This document shows, one piece after another, positions 31,339 to 41,132 of a DNA stretch of 64,000 nucleotides (positions within the stretch are counted from its first letter, which is position 1; every line of letters begins with the position of its first letter). The notes under the pieces were generated by a model. That model saw nothing but the letters and a program-made list of their open reading frames with translations. It was not told the origin of the DNA and did no database searches. Location: the NCBI GenBank assembly GCA_963755715.1, contig CAVWLW010000033.1, positions 64,001 to 128,000 on the forward strand, written 5' to 3'. The position numbers were made by a program, and so were the translations under genes. The DNA comes from an uncultured delta proteobacterium (GTDB lineage Bacteria > Desulfobacterota > Binatia > UBA9968).

Positions 31339-31381
31339 CGGTTATTGTTTTCGCCGCGCGGAGTAGTCTATAAATTGAGCC

Positions 31382-32137
31382 ATGATGACGTTGAGCGATT
31401 TTGCCGAAAAAATTCGCGAGAGCGAGGACATCGTCGTTTTTACCGGCGCCGGGATCAGTACGGAATCAGGCATTCCCGATTTTCGCAGTCCCGGTGGCAT
31501 CTGGACGCGTTACCGTCCGGTCACGTTTCAAGAATATATGAGCAGCGAAGCATCGCGCATCGAAGCCTGGAAACGACGCCTCGACGGCTGGGAACAGTAC
31601 AAAAACGCCAAACCGAATATCGGCCATTACTTTGTTCATTCATTGGACGCCAAGGGAAAACTCGTCGGCCTGATCACGCAGAATGTCGACGGCTTGCATA
31701 GCAGGGCGGGACTGCCGGATGAAAAAATTGTCGAGCTGCATGGCAGCAACCGCAAAGTCATTTGTCTACAGTGCGACCGGGAGTATGATCCGGACGAAGT
31801 GATCAAAAAACTCGTCGGGGATTTCGCGTCGCCGAAGTGCGATCAGTGCGGCGGCATTCTTAAGTCAGCCACGGTTTCTTTCGGCCAGGCGATGCCGGAA
31901 AATGCGATGCGTCTGGCTCAGGAATGGACAGAACAAGCCGAAGTTTTCATCGTCATGGGCTCGTCGCTGCAGGTGCAACCGGCGGCGTCATTTCCCGTGG
32001 TTGCCAAGCGCAACGGCGCGCTGCTCGCTATCATCAACCGCGAGCCCGGACCGCTCGATGATACCGCGGACTTCGTTCATCACGGCGCTATCGGCGAGTT
32101 CTGCGCTAGGTTCGGTGAAATGATCGCGGACGGTTAA
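31382..32137 (+). CDS. cobB: Sir2-family NAD-dependent protein deacylase
   Basis: FTGAGISTESGIPDFRS, TQNVDGLH, ELHGS, CxxC...CxxC, GSSLQVQPAA. Confidence 0.92.
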   Translation: MMTLSDFAEKIRESEDIVVFTGAGISTESGIPDFRSPGGIWTRYRPVTFQEYMSSEASRIEAWKRRLDGWEQYKNAKPNIGHYFVHSLDAKGKLVGLITQNVDGLHSRAGLPDEKIVELHGSNRKVICLQCDREYDPDEVIKKLVGDFASPKCDQCGGILKSATVSFGQAMPENAMRLAQEWTEQAEVFIVMGSSLQVQPAASFPVVAKRNGALLAIINREPGPLDDTADFVHHGAIGEFCARFGEMIADG

Positions 32138-32260
32138 ATCGGAATATCTCCCGCAAAGCATGCCCTGAGCAAGGTCGAAGGGACGCAAAGGTCGCAAAGA
32201 AGAGAATAGAATAAATTCCGAACTTGGCGTCCTTAGCGCCTTGGCGGGCGGAATATCCGA
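32138..32260. repeat. Composite REP-like inverted repeat
   Basis: CCCGCAAAG...GACGCAAAGGTCGCAAAG paired with CTTGGCGTCCTTAGCGCCTTGGCGGG, with CATGCCCTGAGCAAGGTCGAAGGG nested in the left arm. Confidence 0.6.
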
Positions 32261-32288
32261 GTTCGATGCATGGCAACGGAGGTTCAAA

Positions 32289-33293
32289 ATGACCGATTGG
32301 AGAATGATCGACGCGGATGGTCATATCCGCGAAGTTGAGAGCGACGTTTTCGAATACCTGCCGGAGCATTACAAAAACCGCCGCGAGGCGGTGCTGTATT
32401 TTCCGCTGCTGCCGCATCACGGCTGGCACCGACAGGCGGGGCACGGCGGCATGGGCGCGTCCTTTCTCATTCCTACCCTGCAGGATTGGCAGCTGGCGCT
32501 GGATCAAGGCAACATCGAGGCGGCGGTGGTTTATCCGACACGGTTTATGCACATCGGCCAAGTCGGCATGACGGAGTTCGCCGTCGATCTGAGCCGCGCC
32601 TACAACGATTATCTCTACGACCGCTTTCTGCGCGATGAGAAGCGCTTGAAAGGGATTGCGGTGTTGCCGCTGCAAGATGTTCCCGCGGCGGTCACCGAGT
32701 TGCGCCGCGCTGTGAAGGATTACGGCATGGTCGGCGGCGTGTTACCGGCTGACGGTCTGCCGAGGCCGTTAGGCCATCCCGAATTTCATCCCCTTTACGA
32801 AGAAGCGGATCGCTTGGGTTGCATGCTCGCGGTGCATTCTCAGAACTCGCTCCGCAACAACGATCTTTTCATGTGGCGCGGTGAAGCGGCGACGCTGGCC
32901 CACGTCTGGCCACAGATGCGCCAGTTCACCAACTTCATGTTTTCCGGCGTGCTGGGGAAATTTCCTGATCTGAAGATCGCTTTCTTGGAGGCAGGCTGCG
33001 GCTGGGTGCCCTATCTCATGAGCAAAATGGAAGGGCGCATGGGCGAGCTGCCGCGCCCATCGAAGCTCATTGAGCGCGGGCAAATCTATTTTCAGTGCGG
33101 CGAAGAGATGACAACCAGCCGAGATTTAGAATTGCTCGGCGATGAATGCCTATTCTGGGCGTCGGACTTTCCCCATGAAGGGATCGTCGATATGAGCAAG
33201 GCCGTGAATGAATTCTTGAGCCGCGAAGATATTCCGGAAGCGGCGAAGCGGAAAATCAGTTACGACAATCCGAAGAAGCTCTATCGGCTTTAA
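32289..33293 (+). CDS. Amidohydrolase_2 family protein
   Basis: IDADGHIRE, AFLEAGCGWVP, WASDFPH, YDNPKKLYRL. Confidence 0.85.
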   Translation: MTDWRMIDADGHIREVESDVFEYLPEHYKNRREAVLYFPLLPHHGWHRQAGHGGMGASFLIPTLQDWQLALDQGNIEAAVVYPTRFMHIGQVGMTEFAVDLSRAYNDYLYDRFLRDEKRLKGIAVLPLQDVPAAVTELRRAVKDYGMVGGVLPADGLPRPLGHPEFHPLYEEADRLGCMLAVHSQNSLRNNDLFMWRGEAATLAHVWPQMRQFTNFMFSGVLGKFPDLKIAFLEAGCGWVPYLMSKMEGRMGELPRPSKLIERGQIYFQCGEEMTTSRDLELLGDECLFWASDFPHEGIVDMSKAVNEFLSREDIPEAAKRKISYDNPKKLYRL

Positions 33294-33301
33294 GACTGGC
33301 T

Positions 33302-33375
33302 AGTTCAAAACGTTCAAGTCGTCAAAGAAATACGGATCGGATTGAACGACTGGAACGTTTTGAACGGTTTGAACC
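33302..33375. repeat. REP-like (GTTCAA)n/(TTGAAC)n inverted repeat
   Basis: GTTCAAAACGTTCAAGTCG...TTGAACGACTGGAACGTTTTGAACGGTTTGAAC between convergent genes. Confidence 0.65.
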
Positions 33376-33387
33376 AGGACTTATCTA

Positions 33388-33777
33388 TCAGCCGTCGCTG
33401 ACTTCCGCCGGAGCTTGTTGGCGAATGTCTTTACGCGTGACGTAATCGATGATCTGGATCTTTTCCGCCGGGCCGGAGCGGTTGCCCATCATGATCATCG
33501 GACCGTCGCCGGTGTTTTCCAAGGTATAAAACGAACCGCCGGTGATCAGCGCGGCCTGACCGGGCGTAAGGCGCACTTTACCGCCGTCAGGAAAGCTCAT
33601 CGTGCATTCGCCGTCGAGAACGACGAACGTCTGATCCGCGTTGTGGCAGTGCATGGCGTCTTTCTGCCCCGGCTGATAGTAGTGCATCCAAGCATGGAAG
33701 CGCGGCGTATTAAAGATGTTCTTACGCCGTTTTTCCTTGTGCGCCATATCGACGAGATCGACGACTTCGATACCCAT
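33388..33777 (-). CDS. Cupin domain protein
   Basis: PGQKDAMHCHNADQTFVVLDGE; paralog-like to the 12543 cupin (shared GNRS). Confidence 0.8.
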   Translation of the reverse strand: MGIEVVDLVDMAHKEKRRKNIFNTPRFHAWMHYYQPGQKDAMHCHNADQTFVVLDGECTMSFPDGGKVRLTPGQAALITGGSFYTLENTGDGPMIMMGNRSGPAEKIQIIDYVTRKDIRQQAPAEVSDG

Positions 33778-33802
33778 GGAAAATTCCTCCTGACTATTTT
33801 TT

Positions 33803-34183
33803 CTACAAAACTGCGATCACTTCGATCTGAAACAAGTTATCGCCGCGCAGTTCGACTTTTGTCGCGTGGCGCGCGGGGCGGTCGTGCTCGTCCGGGAACA
33901 TCTTGAGCCAGGCTTTGTTGACCGAGTCACGGAGCTTTTCTTCTTTCAGATACACTTTCATGTAGGCGATATTATCGGGCGTGCCGCCGGCGCCTTCCAT
34001 GAACAGGCGTAAATTACGAAACATCGCTTCGGCCTGCTCGTCGGGATTGGGCGATAACACGCCGGTTTTGGCGTCCTTGCCGGAGATCGCCGAAGAAAAA
34101 ATCATGTTGCCGATCACCACGCCGTTGGGAATCGGCGCGCCGTGTTCCATGCCTTTGATATGGATACTTTTTCTTTTAGCCAT
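33803..34183 (-). CDS. RidA/YjgF/YER057c family protein
   Basis: HGAPIPNG, VNKAWLKMFPDEHDRPARH, FQIEVIAV. Confidence 0.85.
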   Translation of the reverse strand: MAKRKSIHIKGMEHGAPIPNGVVIGNMIFSSAISGKDAKTGVLSPNPDEQAEAMFRNLRLFMEGAGGTPDNIAYMKVYLKEEKLRDSVNKAWLKMFPDEHDRPARHATKVELRGDNLFQIEVIAVL

Positions 34184-34281
34184 GAGATTTCTCCTCAGTT
34201 TTCTTACGCGCTGAGGTTTTCATATCATGAGGCGCAAACCCCAGTCTACCCCGGCAAGCGGGTGAGTGTAGTTCCGCTATT

Positions 34282-35052
34282 TCAACTGTCCGGCGCGGTC
34301 AGGAAGCCGGTCACAGTTTGGTAAAACTCGTCGTCGGCGTCGATGTGGACCCAATGGCCGGCGCGCGCGATCGTTTCGATTTTGGCCTGCGGGAAAGCTT
34401 TGCGGATAAGCGCGCTATCTTGATCGGTGACAAAGTTTGATCGGCCGGCGCGGATAAAACAGGCGGACTTAGTAAACGGCCGCTCGATGACGACTGCTTG
34501 GGTCAGCGCGTCGTAGTTTTGCATGATTGCGTCGAGCGCGATGCGCCAACGAAAGCCGCGATCGTCCCGAGTTAGATTTTTCATGAGGAATTGCCGGACC
34601 TCCGCTTCGGGAATTGGCCCACTCAGGGCCGCGTCGATGTCGGAAAAATTTTTCGCGGCGCGTAAATCAACCGCGCGCAGCGCCGCGAGCAGGGATTGGT
34701 GCGTCGGCGGATAGGCTTTGGGCGCGATGTCGACGACGACGAGCTTGTCGACCCTCTCCGGGTACTGGCCGGCAAACTGCATCGCGACTTTGCCGCCCAT
34801 CGAGTGGCCGAGGAGAAACACTTGCGCCAAGCTTTGCTCCTCGACAAACTCACGGAGATCTGCCGCCATGATTGGGTAATCCATCGCGTCACTATGCGGT
34901 GATTGACCATGATTGCGCAGATCTAGACAGTAAACGGTGAAGTGGCTCGACAAGCGCCTGCTCATGGAACGCCAATTATCCGACGAGCCGAGGAACCCGT
35001 GCAAAATGACTAGCGGCCTTCCGTGGCCCTGCACTTGAAAGTTTAGGCGCAT
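34282..35052 (-). CDS. Alpha/beta hydrolase (YbfF-like esterase)
   Basis: LHGFLGSSDNW, DLRNHGQS, GHSMGGK, AGHWVH. Confidence 0.88.
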   Translation of the reverse strand: MRLNFQVQGHGRPLVILHGFLGSSDNWRSMSRRLSSHFTVYCLDLRNHGQSPHSDAMDYPIMAADLREFVEEQSLAQVFLLGHSMGGKVAMQFAGQYPERVDKLVVVDIAPKAYPPTHQSLLAALRAVDLRAAKNFSDIDAALSGPIPEAEVRQFLMKNLTRDDRGFRWRIALDAIMQNYDALTQAVVIERPFTKSACFIRAGRSNFVTDQDSALIRKAFPQAKIETIARAGHWVHIDADDEFYQTVTGFLTAPDS

Positions 35053-35204
35053 AATCGATCTGGCTCGCAACCTGTCCAGAATCCTCGCGCTCGAACCGAA
35101 TGGTTCGTATGCGCAATTTCACTGAGTTGTACTGAGATTTTTCTGAAGGAAAACGAACGCTGGGTCAAGGGATCGATGCAGGTGTGGCAATTCGCGCTGG
35201 CTGA

Positions 35205-36725
35205 TCAGTTCTGGCCGGCGACACGCGGCACATCCCGGCGAATGAAACCCGGCGGCCGCCCGTGTTTCGAGTGGATTTCTAACCAGCCGTCACGGCTGTT
35301 GACGACGCTGACTTTCATCCCAGGTTCGATATCGCCGATCCGCGGCGAGAACTCGGTCGGCGCCGCATAAATCCGGCTGGTGCGGGTAATTTCGTAGATT
35401 GCCGCCACTCTCGCTTCTGGCTTCACCGGCGGCATGGCACTTTCGCTTTCGCTATTTTGCCTAGTGGCGGGCTTTACGATTTCCTAGGCGACATCCGGCG
35501 CTACCCGCCGACCACTGGTTGAGCCCTCCCGGCGGGCGGTTCCTTGGACGGCTCCAGGCCAGGCTCGATTTGCTTTTGCGTGCGGCAGTGACGGTGGGAA
35601 TCACCGGTGTAGTGGAGTGCGACTCAAAGGTACCATCCGCCGAATGCCCCAGTGGCCGCTAACAAAAGCAGCACCGGAAAAATGCCAAAGCGCCGCGCTT
35701 TTTTTGGTTCTGCTTCCGCCCCCGTGGCCGTTTGCTCGGGCTGTTCAAGCCGAGTCGAGCTCTCTCGCGCCGTCGACGAACTCGGAGCATCAGACAAGCC
35801 GGCCGTGGCGGTGGCGTGGGACGGTGCGCCCATCAACCGAGCGAGAGACGATAAATCCTGCTGAAGCTCGCGCTGCATTTCCGCCAGCGATGCATGTTTG
35901 GAAAGTAACTCGTTGTAGGGTTTTTGCAGCGCCGCGAGCTGCTCGCGGTTGGCGTCGGCTTCCGCGATGCGCGCCTGCCAGCGCGCTGCTTCTTGTTCGT
36001 GGTGCTGGATTTCCTCGCGCAGGCTTTTTTGAGCTCTGTTCGGATTCGGCCATGTGAGCGCGCAGCGTTTCGAGTTCCTGAAGCTTTTCCCGACCGGCCG
36101 AAATTTCTCGCTCCAGCTCGGCGACGCGCGCGCCAAGACTTTGTCGCTCCTCCCGATGTCGCGCCTCGAGTGCGTCGATATCGACTTGGTTTTGCCGGGC
36201 GTTTTCCAGCTCGCGAATCTTCGCCTGGCTGTCGTTGAGCTGTTCTCTTAACGCGCCGACTTCGGCGTGTGTCCGAGCGATCTCTTGTTGACTGGAATCG
36301 TGCTGGATTTCTGCCGAGCCTTGCAGTTGCGCTTCGCTGGCGTGCAGTTGGGCGCGCACCTCGTTCAATTCCATTTTCAATTGTTCATTGGCCGCGCGCA
36401 ACTGTTGTGGTTCTCCCTGATCACTGGCGTGGCTTCGCTGGGTTAGCTCCAGCTCTTCGACGGTTCGACGGCTCGTTTCCAGTTTGTTGGTGAGACCACG
36501 AATTTGATTCTGCAGATCCTGGTTGGCAGCTCGCAATTCCGCTAACGCTGCGGAATTATCCGGTGCCGGCGCATTTCCCTGCTGCATGTTTTCAAGCTTC
36601 GTGACCAATTCTTCGACTTCACGCCGCCTAGTTTTTAGCTCTCTTTCGGACGTGAACAAAACAGCGCCTAGTAAAGCGATAGCCACTCCAGCAGACATCA
36701 CGATCCAGACAAACAGACTTTCCAT
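35205..36725 (-). CDS. Membrane-anchored coiled-coil protein with a second TM and C-terminal SH3b domain (several frameshifts)
   Basis: N-terminal TM, long E/Q/L/R heptads, TM FGIFPVLLLLAATGAFGGWYL, then IYAAPTEFSPRIGDIEPGMKVSVV...GWLEIHSKHGRPPGFI. Confidence 0.65.
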
Positions 36726-36777
36726 CGTGCTCTCCTAATCTTTATCTTTAGTGGACAAGGTGAAGGTTCACCTCGTC

Positions 36778-36792
36778 GCCAAATATATGCCA
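36778..36792 (-). promoter_or_regulatory. Candidate sigma54 promoter
   Basis: TGGCATATATTTGGC with correct GG/GC spacing, about 50 bp upstream of the 36725 start and an AT-rich region further upstream. Confidence 0.55.
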
Positions 36793-37031
36793 AGTAACAA
36801 GATGCTCTCTGGGTTGCCTAAATTGCTTATATAGCGATTGTTTTTGACTTGGAAGGGAAATAATTTACCGCCCTGACAAAACTAATTATGAACAAATTCG
36901 TGATTCTCGACTAATTTTGTAAATCCCTAACCCGCAAAGGTTTTCTGGTCATTTTAAGGGTCTTAGTGAGAGCGCCAGCGCGCTGGCACTGCTGCGCCAC
37001 ATGAGATATGCAAAAAGACTAACTTCGCTAC

Positions 37032-38447
37032 ATGACCCGTACGATTCCATCCACGGCTCCTGCCGTCTCACGTTCTGAAGAGCGCGCCATACTGACGGTG
37101 ACTTGTTCGGCTGCATTTCTTTTTTTCAACAGCTTCGGCAGCATCGGTGTTGCTTTGCCGGCGATACAAAAACAGTTCGGCAATAGTTTGTCGGAGATTC
37201 AGTGGGTCACCTTGATGGGCGTGGTGACGATATCGAGTTTATCGTTTTGCTTTGGCCGTGCCGGTGAGATACTTGGACAACGCCGGCTTTATAAGATCGG
37301 CGTGGTGCTTTACGCCGCGGGCGCGGGGTTGGGTGCCATCTCGACTTCATTCCCCGAGCTCTTACTGGCCCGCGCGGTTATGGCCGTCGGGCTTGCGATG
37401 GCCTTGCCGATGTCGACGGCGATTCTAGCGGCGAGCTTCGGCGCCCAGCGGCGTGGCCAAGTTCTTGGTTTGTTCGCTTCGGCGATCGCAGTCGGCCGGA
37501 TGACCGGTCCTACCATCGGCGGTTTGCTTCTGCACGTGGGCGGTTGGCCGTGGATTTTCTGGATGAATTGTATCATCGGTCTGGCGGTAACGGCGGCGGT
37601 GATAAAAATCTTTCGCGGCCCAGGCGAGCGCCGCCGCGAACCCTTCGATTTCCGCGGCGCCTTAGCCTTGCTGATCGGTTATCCCGCGCTTTTGCTGGGT
37701 CTTACCTTCGCCGCCAATCACGGCTGGACATCGCGCTTCGTCGTCGGCTGGTTCGCCGTCGCCGGGATCGCGCTCGCCAGTTTTTTTTGGCTCGAGCTGC
37801 ATACGACCAAGCCGCTCGTCGACGTGGCGATCTTCAGGCGCAAGATGCTCGCAGCGGCATTGCTCGCGGTCGCTCTGAGCAACATGATTCATTATCCGAT
37901 CGCGCTCTGCGCGCCGCTGTATCTGCAAAACGTGCTCGGTTCGTCGGCCGTGGCGGCCGGACTGATGCTCGCGGCCTTGCCGCTCTCGACGGCGCTGGCT
38001 TCGCCGCTTGCCGGTCGACTGGCCGATCGCTTCAATGCGGCGACGATGGCGAGCATCGGTCTGCTTATAATCGTGGTCGGGATCGCTTGCTATTCTCGGC
38101 TCAAAACAGATTCCGACTATCGTCTGGTCCTCGCGGCACTGATCTGCGTCGGCGCCGGGATCGGTATCTTTACGCCGGCCAATCAAACCGTTGCCTTCGC
38201 CGCAGTCAGACAAGAGGATTATGGCGTGCTAGCGGCCATGCTCAGTTCCTTCGGCACCGCTGCTGGCACGATCGGCACGACGATTGCCGTGGCTTTGATG
38301 GAAATCGACGGCGGACAAAAGCTCTGGACTGAACCTGGCACATTTGCCGGCGCGCAACAATTTGCGTTTGCTTGCCTGCTGCCGATTGGGATAGTAGCTT
38401 TGATCGTCGCCGACAAAAGCCGGCGCGAAAAACAATCGGCCGCGTAA
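37032..38447 (+). CDS. MFS transporter, DHA2 (14-TM) type
   Basis: GVALPAIQKQF, GPTIGGLL...GWPWIFWMN, FDFRGA, PLYLQNVLG. Confidence 0.88.
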   Translation: MTRTIPSTAPAVSRSEERAILTVTCSAAFLFFNSFGSIGVALPAIQKQFGNSLSEIQWVTLMGVVTISSLSFCFGRAGEILGQRRLYKIGVVLYAAGAGLGAISTSFPELLLARAVMAVGLAMALPMSTAILAASFGAQRRGQVLGLFASAIAVGRMTGPTIGGLLLHVGGWPWIFWMNCIIGLAVTAAVIKIFRGPGERRREPFDFRGALALLIGYPALLLGLTFAANHGWTSRFVVGWFAVAGIALASFFWLELHTTKPLVDVAIFRRKMLAAALLAVALSNMIHYPIALCAPLYLQNVLGSSAVAAGLMLAALPLSTALASPLAGRLADRFNAATMASIGLLIIVVGIACYSRLKTDSDYRLVLAALICVGAGIGIFTPANQTVAFAAVRQEDYGVLAAMLSSFGTAAGTIGTTIAVALMEIDGGQKLWTEPGTFAGAQQFAFACLLPIGIVALIVADKSRREKQSAA

Positions 38448-38484
38448 CAAGACTCGATCGCTAAATTCGACTAGAGGAATAGAA

Positions 38485-39456
38485 ATGGTCATCGATTTTC
38501 AGCATCACTACATTCCGGTGGAATTGGCCAAAAAGCGCGGGCTCTACTCGGCGACGGGCAAAACTATGTTGCAAGAGGGCGGACTGCCTGCGACCACCAT
38601 GCATCAGCGGCTCTATGACTTGGATTTACAATTGGACGACATGGCTCAAGCCGGCGTCGATCTATCCGTGCTTTCATGTCTGCTCGGCTGGTCGGCGCCG
38701 CTCGAGGAGTGCCGGTTTATCAACGATGACCTGGCGGCGATTCAGAAAAAATATCCGCGGCGCTTCGTCGGCTTGGCGCAAGCGCCGATCCTGGACGGTC
38801 AAGCAGCGCTGGCTGAATTGCGCCGGGCCATTAATGATCTAGGCCTGCGCGGCATGACGATTACTTCCCAAGTTAACGGCTTGTCGCTCGACTCGCCCAA
38901 GCTTTATGATTTTTATGAAACCGCTTGCGCGCTCGATGTGGTGGTTTTTGTTCATCCCGCTCTGGTGCCGACTGGTTATGAGCATCTAAAAGATTACGAT
39001 TTGCCGCGCGTGCTCGGCCGCGAGGTCGACCTCACGGTGGCAACGACGCGACTGATCGCCGGCGGTATTTTCGATCGTTTCCCAAATCTTAAGATCGTTA
39101 TCGCTCATTTCGGCGGCGGCATCGCCGCCGTCAAAGATCGATTGATTGGTAAGGGTTACCGTTTCGGCACGCTGCAAAAACCATTCGCCGACTATTACGA
39201 TAGCATCTATTTCGATATGGCAGGCTTCGAGGGCGGCGTTGTCGCGCTCAATTGCGCGCTTCAAGGGATTCGGCCGGAACGCTTGGTCTTTGCCAGTGAT
39301 TATCCGCAGGATTTCACCGGGGTCAACACGGACACCGGCAAAGGCATGAGCGAATTGAAAAATTATATCGATGCTGTACGCCGGCTGCCGCTCGACGGGG
39401 CGAGCCATGAAAAGATCCTGGGCGGCACCGCGGCGGAGTTATTGAAGCTCGGTTAG
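38485..39456 (+). CDS. Amidohydrolase_2 (ACMSD-like) protein
   Basis: IDFQHHY, VFVHP, AHFGGG, FASDYP. Confidence 0.85.
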   Translation: MVIDFQHHYIPVELAKKRGLYSATGKTMLQEGGLPATTMHQRLYDLDLQLDDMAQAGVDLSVLSCLLGWSAPLEECRFINDDLAAIQKKYPRRFVGLAQAPILDGQAALAELRRAINDLGLRGMTITSQVNGLSLDSPKLYDFYETACALDVVVFVHPALVPTGYEHLKDYDLPRVLGREVDLTVATTRLIAGGIFDRFPNLKIVIAHFGGGIAAVKDRLIGKGYRFGTLQKPFADYYDSIYFDMAGFEGGVVALNCALQGIRPERLVFASDYPQDFTGVNTDTGKGMSELKNYIDAVRRLPLDGASHEKILGGTAAELLKLG

Positions 39457-39523
39457 TTCTGCTTACTCCGATGAGAGTTGCCTCTACGGCATTTCGCCAA
39501 CCAGAAAAATTGCCAGTCTTGTT

Positions 39524-40081
39524 TTACCGTTCGACGGCGGGTTTGGCTAAATTGGCTTCCACATAGCCCGGCTTGTTGCCGCGCTTGGACTCCACCTTGA
39601 GCCAACCCTTGTCTTCTTCGACCACGTTGAGCTTGGTTCCCTTACCGATGTTCGCGACAACGGGATAATGTAACCCCGGGCCGCTCCGCACCTGAGTATC
39701 CATGACGGCCTCGTATCGTCCTTCGAGCGGAGGAGTGGGACTGGCGGTTTCTTTTGTTTCACCGACCGCGGGCTTTACGGATGCCATTTCGATAAAGCCG
39801 GGGGCGTTGCCTTTCTTGGAAACGATCAGCACCCATTCGCCGTCTCTGCCGACGACATTGACCTTGGCGTCGCGACTGATGTCGGCAATGGCGCGAAAGC
39901 GCGGCCCTGGCCCGGCGCGGACCTTGGTATTTTCGGTCGTTACATAGAGACGAGTTTGCTCGTTGAGATCGGGTAGGTCTTTGAGCTCCGGGGTTTTTTC
40001 TTTGTTCCCGCAGGCGTAAACGCCGAGCGATATCGCTGCGACAAGCAACCAAGCTGGTACCCTAAACATGTAACGGTACAT
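39524..40081 (-). CDS. Lipoprotein with two SH3b domains
   Basis: Lipobox VYAC; two repeats VRAGPG...WVLIVSKKGNAPGFI and VRSGPG...WLKVESKRGNKPGYV. Confidence 0.8.
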   Translation of the reverse strand: MYRYMFRVPAWLLVAAISLGVYACGNKEKTPELKDLPDLNEQTRLYVTTENTKVRAGPGPRFRAIADISRDAKVNVVGRDGEWVLIVSKKGNAPGFIEMASVKPAVGETKETASPTPPLEGRYEAVMDTQVRSGPGLHYPVVANIGKGTKLNVVEEDKGWLKVESKRGNKPGYVEANLAKPAVER

Positions 40082-40134
40082 TTGCGGCCTCCGAGGCGTT
40101 ACTATTTTGCTGAGTATAGCATGTTTGCGGCCGC

Positions 40135-40555
40135 TCAATGAATTTCTTTCCAAACTTTGGCCAGGCTCTCACCGTGGACGCTTAAATCCCATTCGCAGAA
40201 GTAACCGAAGGGCGTGATCCAAACTTGATAGCCAGTCTCGCGCAGCCGGTCGGCGAGCGTTACGATCAGCGTTTGAGCAAAACCAGATTCGGCGGTGTCA
40301 CCGCCAAGATGGGTGAAAGAATGCAAAACGATATTTTTGCAGGCGCGCTTATTGGCGAGCCATTTGACATGTTTTAAAGACTGGCGCAAGACGGCGCTCG
40401 CGCGATCTTGCGCGGCATCGGATGCTTCGGCGTGCACGAAACACGACCACGGTCTCGGAAACTTCCTGGTCGATATCCTGGTCGAGGACTTCGGGCAAGG
40501 TTTTGGAATGGGTTTTCCAGCGGAAACGTTTTGCTTGAAAGCAAAGCAGTTTCAT
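40135..40555 (-). CDS. Free-standing archaeal-type threonyl-tRNA synthetase editing domain (frameshift near 40440)
   Basis: MKLLCFQAKRF...ETVVVF joins HAEASD...KHVKWLANK...NIVLHSFTHLG...TPFGYFCEWDLSVHGESLAKVWKEI. Confidence 0.7.
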
Positions 40556-40565
40556 CGCATCCGTT

Positions 40566-41132
40566 TCAATAATGGTCTAAGAAGTTTTTGAGCAGCTTTT
40601 TGCCTTCTTGGTTGAGGATCGATTCGGGATGAAACTGCACGCCTTCGACCGGGTAATTCTTGTGCCGCACCGCCATGATGATGTCGCCGGCGGCGCGCGC
40701 GCTGACCGTTAGCTCGGCAGGGAGGCTGTTCGGGTCGATCACCAAAGAATGATAGCGCATGGCGGCAAAGGGATTTTTCACTTGGCGAAAGATCGTCTGC
40801 GAATCGTGGCTCACATCCGACAATTTGCCGTGCATGATCGACGGCGCGCGCACGATCGCGCCGCCGTAAGCCGCGCCGATCGCCTGGTGCCCCAGGCAAA
40901 CGCCGAGAATGGGAATCCGCGCGCCAAAGCGCGTGATGGTGGCGCAGGAAATGCCCGCTTCCTTGGGCGTGCACGGGCCGGGCGAGATCACGATCTTTTC
41001 CGGTTGGAGTGCCTCGATCTCGTCCAACGTGATTTTGTTATTGCGAAATACTTTCACGTCGGCGCCGAGCTCGCCCAGATAGTGGTACAAGTTGTAGGTG
41101 AAAGAATCGTAATTGTCGATCAGGAGAATCAT
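40566..41132 (-). CDS. trpG: Anthranilate synthase component II (glutamine amidotransferase)
   Basis: LIDNYDSFTYNL, ISPGPCTP, GVCLGHQ, GVQFHPES; ATGA overlap with trpE. Confidence 0.92.
   Translation of the reverse strand: MILLIDNYDSFTYNLYHYLGELGADVKVFRNNKITLDEIEALQPEKIVISPGPCTPKEAGISCATITRFGARIPILGVCLGHQAIGAAYGGAIVRAPSIMHGKLSDVSHDSQTIFRQVKNPFAAMRYHSLVIDPNSLPAELTVSARAAGDIIMAVRHKNYPVEGVQFHPESILNQEGKKLLKNFLDHY

Noticed and set aside
31382-32137. Sir2 as a defence (Thoeris/DSR) effector
   Set aside because: Canonical zinc-binding CobB-type deacylase in a housekeeping context.
33302-33375. GTTCAA repeats as CRISPR direct repeats
   Set aside because: They are short, inverted and lack unique spacers; a REP-like hairpin fits better.
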